A stretch of DNA of 64,000 nucleotides from Basidiobolus meristosporus CBS 931.73 (lineage: Eukaryota; Fungi; Basidiobolomycota), in contig MCFE01000335.1 in assembly GCA_002104905.1 (NCBI GenBank), positions 28,267 to 92,266 of the forward strand, in the 5' to 3' direction. This document shows, in pieces, positions 62,195-64,000 of the stretch; positions within the stretch are counted from its first letter, which is position 1; each line of letters starts with the position of its first letter. A model generated the notes under the pieces. The model saw only the letters and a program-made list of their open reading frames with translations, made no database searches and had not been told where the DNA came from. The translations under genes were made by a program, and so were the position numbers.

Positions 62195-63079
62195 ATGACT
62201 TACTCATCTGAATGGTCTTTTCTCATCAATCCCATCACTACCACTGGATTTCCTTTTGACACACTGGAGGAGATCTATTCCAAGTACTGTGGACCATCAA
62301 CCCCAATCTACTCAAGGAAATCCCTTGTTAAGCTTCTCTGCTATTACAAGAACTATTGCCCTACAAGGTTTCATCCCACCATCCATGGCAACAAAAGTCC
62401 TAGAAGCTTTCATTCCCAGCTGACAGCAATGGAGAACCACCTTGCAGAGGGTATGAATGACTTAGAGCAAGCTTGGAATACTAGGTTCAGAAGCTCCAAT
62501 AGACTTCCATATCCCAGAGTGTTCAGCAACAGGTTCCATATCAGGAGTATTTTGGATACCTTCCCAGTGAGGATTAACAGACCTTCTAGAGGGCAGAGGC
62601 ACTTTTATTCTGGCAAGTACAAGGCACACTGTGTGAAGTTTCAAGCACTGTCTGACATTGAGGGTAACATCATCTGGTTTAGTAGGCCATTTGCTGGAAG
62701 TAGGCATGACAAAGCACTCTGGGTAGAGAATCATCCTGAATTCAGTAGAGGGGAGAAATATATGGCAGACTTGGCCTATATAGGAGAGGATTGTCAGAGA
62801 TTAGGATGTATTACAGCTTATAGGAAGCCAAGGAATGGTGTGCTTAGCAGGAAGCAGAAGCTCTACAATGAGATATTTAATCATTTCAGAGTAAGGGTAG
62901 AGCACACATTTGGATATCTGAAGAGATTCAGCATATTGGCAGGTAAATACAGAGGAAAGTCATATATAGGTGAAAACAGCAGAATAGGTAAAATAGTTAA
63001 GATACTTATTAATGCACAGTATGTTCATACAAGAAGACATCCACTGAGAGAAATGTGTCTGGAGCATTATGAAGAGTAA
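62195..63079 (+). CDS. PHIS/Harbinger-type DDE transposase, 294 aa, open (G164R relative to copy 4)
   Basis: Uninterrupted ORF; about three substitutions versus 49560-50444 by eye. Confidence 0.92.
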   Translation: MTYSSEWSFLINPITTTGFPFDTLEEIYSKYCGPSTPIYSRKSLVKLLCYYKNYCPTRFHPTIHGNKSPRSFHSQLTAMENHLAEGMNDLEQAWNTRFRSSNRLPYPRVFSNRFHIRSILDTFPVRINRPSRGQRHFYSGKYKAHCVKFQALSDIEGNIIWFSRPFAGSRHDKALWVENHPEFSRGEKYMADLAYIGEDCQRLGCITAYRKPRNGVLSRKQKLYNEIFNHFRVRVEHTFGYLKRFSILAGKYRGKSYIGENSRIGKIVKILINAQYVHTRRHPLREMCLEHYEE

Positions 63080-64000
63080 ATAAAGCAAGGAAAGCACTAT
63101 TTTGAGCAACATAAGTAAGATTGAGTAAAATTACCAGTAACTGTATCATACCACTGGCATCATGGTAGAAATTATAGTGCCAGATAGTGCCGTAGGGTGC
63201 CAGATCAATCCGGCACTATAAACCGGCTGGCACTATGTGGCACTATCCAACGGAACAAGTCTTTTGTGTCCAAGTTTTGGAAACACTTCATGCAATACCT
63301 TGGTGTTCAAGTCAAGCACTCTACTGCCTTCCATCCACAGTCTGATGGCCAAACTGAAAGAATCAACCAGATTCTAGAGCAATACCTCCAGTGCTATATC
63401 AATTACTAGCAAGACAATTGGGTTGATCTACTCCCTGTTGCTGAGTTTGCCTACAACAGCTCAAGCCATAGTGCAACCATCTTTACACCATTCTATGCAA
63501 ACTACGGATTCCACCCTCAGTTTGATATCCAGATTCCAACAAACCCAATGAGCCCACATGCGGCTGAACATGCCCAAGCAATCCAGGACATCCAGAATAC
63601 CCTCAAGGAAGAACTATCCTTAGCTCAGGAAAGCTACAAGAAATTTGCCAATCTAAAACAGCATCCCAGCCCTGATCTTAATGAAGGAGATTCTGTATGG
63701 TTACTCAGAAGAAACATCAGCACCAACCACCCTTGTGACAAGCTAGATTTCAAGAAACTTGGTCCCTTCAAGATCAAGAAGAAGCTTAGCCCTATAGTAT
63801 ATCAGCTACAGCTACCAGCAAGTATGAGAATCCATGATACTTTCCATGTATCCCTCTGGAGCTGTATTGTAGGAACAACTTGCAAAACCGGCAAGAAGCA
63901 AAGCCCCAAGCCATCCAGGTTGACCAACATCAAGAATTTGAAGTTAAACAGATCCTAGACTCCAAGTATATCCGGTCAAAGCTGTACTACTTAGTAGACT

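Larger units (their letters stand above)
59860..63262 (+). mobile_element. PHIS transposon copy 5, full length 3403 bp, young
   Basis: TIR AGACTTGTTCC at 59860 and GGAACAAGTCT ending 63262; TSD TTT at 59857-59859 and 63263-63265. Confidence 0.95.
55353..64000 (+). mobile_element. Ty3/Gypsy family B (chromovirus) copy 2, runs off the window end; PHIS copy 5 inserted in integrase
   Basis: LTR-like 55353-56207, gag, pol with RT (YLDD), RNase H and integrase; chromodomain start EFEVKQILDS..KLYYLVD at 63934-64000. Confidence 0.92.
57194..64000 (+). pseudogene. pol: Gypsy B pol (PR-RT-RH-IN-chromodomain), frameshifted and interrupted at 59860-63262
   Basis: [50 protein letters not shown]. Removing PHIS copy 5 restores SDRGPQFVSKFW. 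Confidence 0.9.

Overview
This is a eukaryotic, probably fungal, heterochromatin-like transposon nest. I found no intact host gene, tRNA, rRNA or CRISPR array. Almost all of the window is nested mobile DNA. (1) Five copies of a ~3.4-kb PHIS (PIF/Harbinger-like) DNA transposon with TIR AGACTTGTTCC, 3-bp TSDs (AGT, AAT, ATT, TTT), a DDE_Tnp_4-type transposase and a divergent partner ORF2, plus a 211-bp MITE with the same TIR. (2) Several CACTA/EnSpm elements, one complete with an ATA TSD. (3) Two Ty3/Gypsy families; family B is a chromovirus with a canonical -1 frameshift signal. (4) Ty1/Copia relics and unassigned solo-LTR-like repeats. CpG->TpG/CpA decay is pervasive and increases with copy age. 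The two strongest surprises are: a ~1.5-kb intronless relic at 26.2-27.7 kb encoding a very compact RPB1/beta'-type RNA polymerase N-terminus next to an AEP/PrimPol-like fragment, probably an endogenised large-DNA-virus segment; and a PHIS transposase CDS with zero CpG (all 27-28 Arg codons AGA/AGG) beside a partner ORF2 with ~50 CpG. All calls come from reading the sequence by eye, with no database searches. Boundaries marked 'approximate' were estimated.
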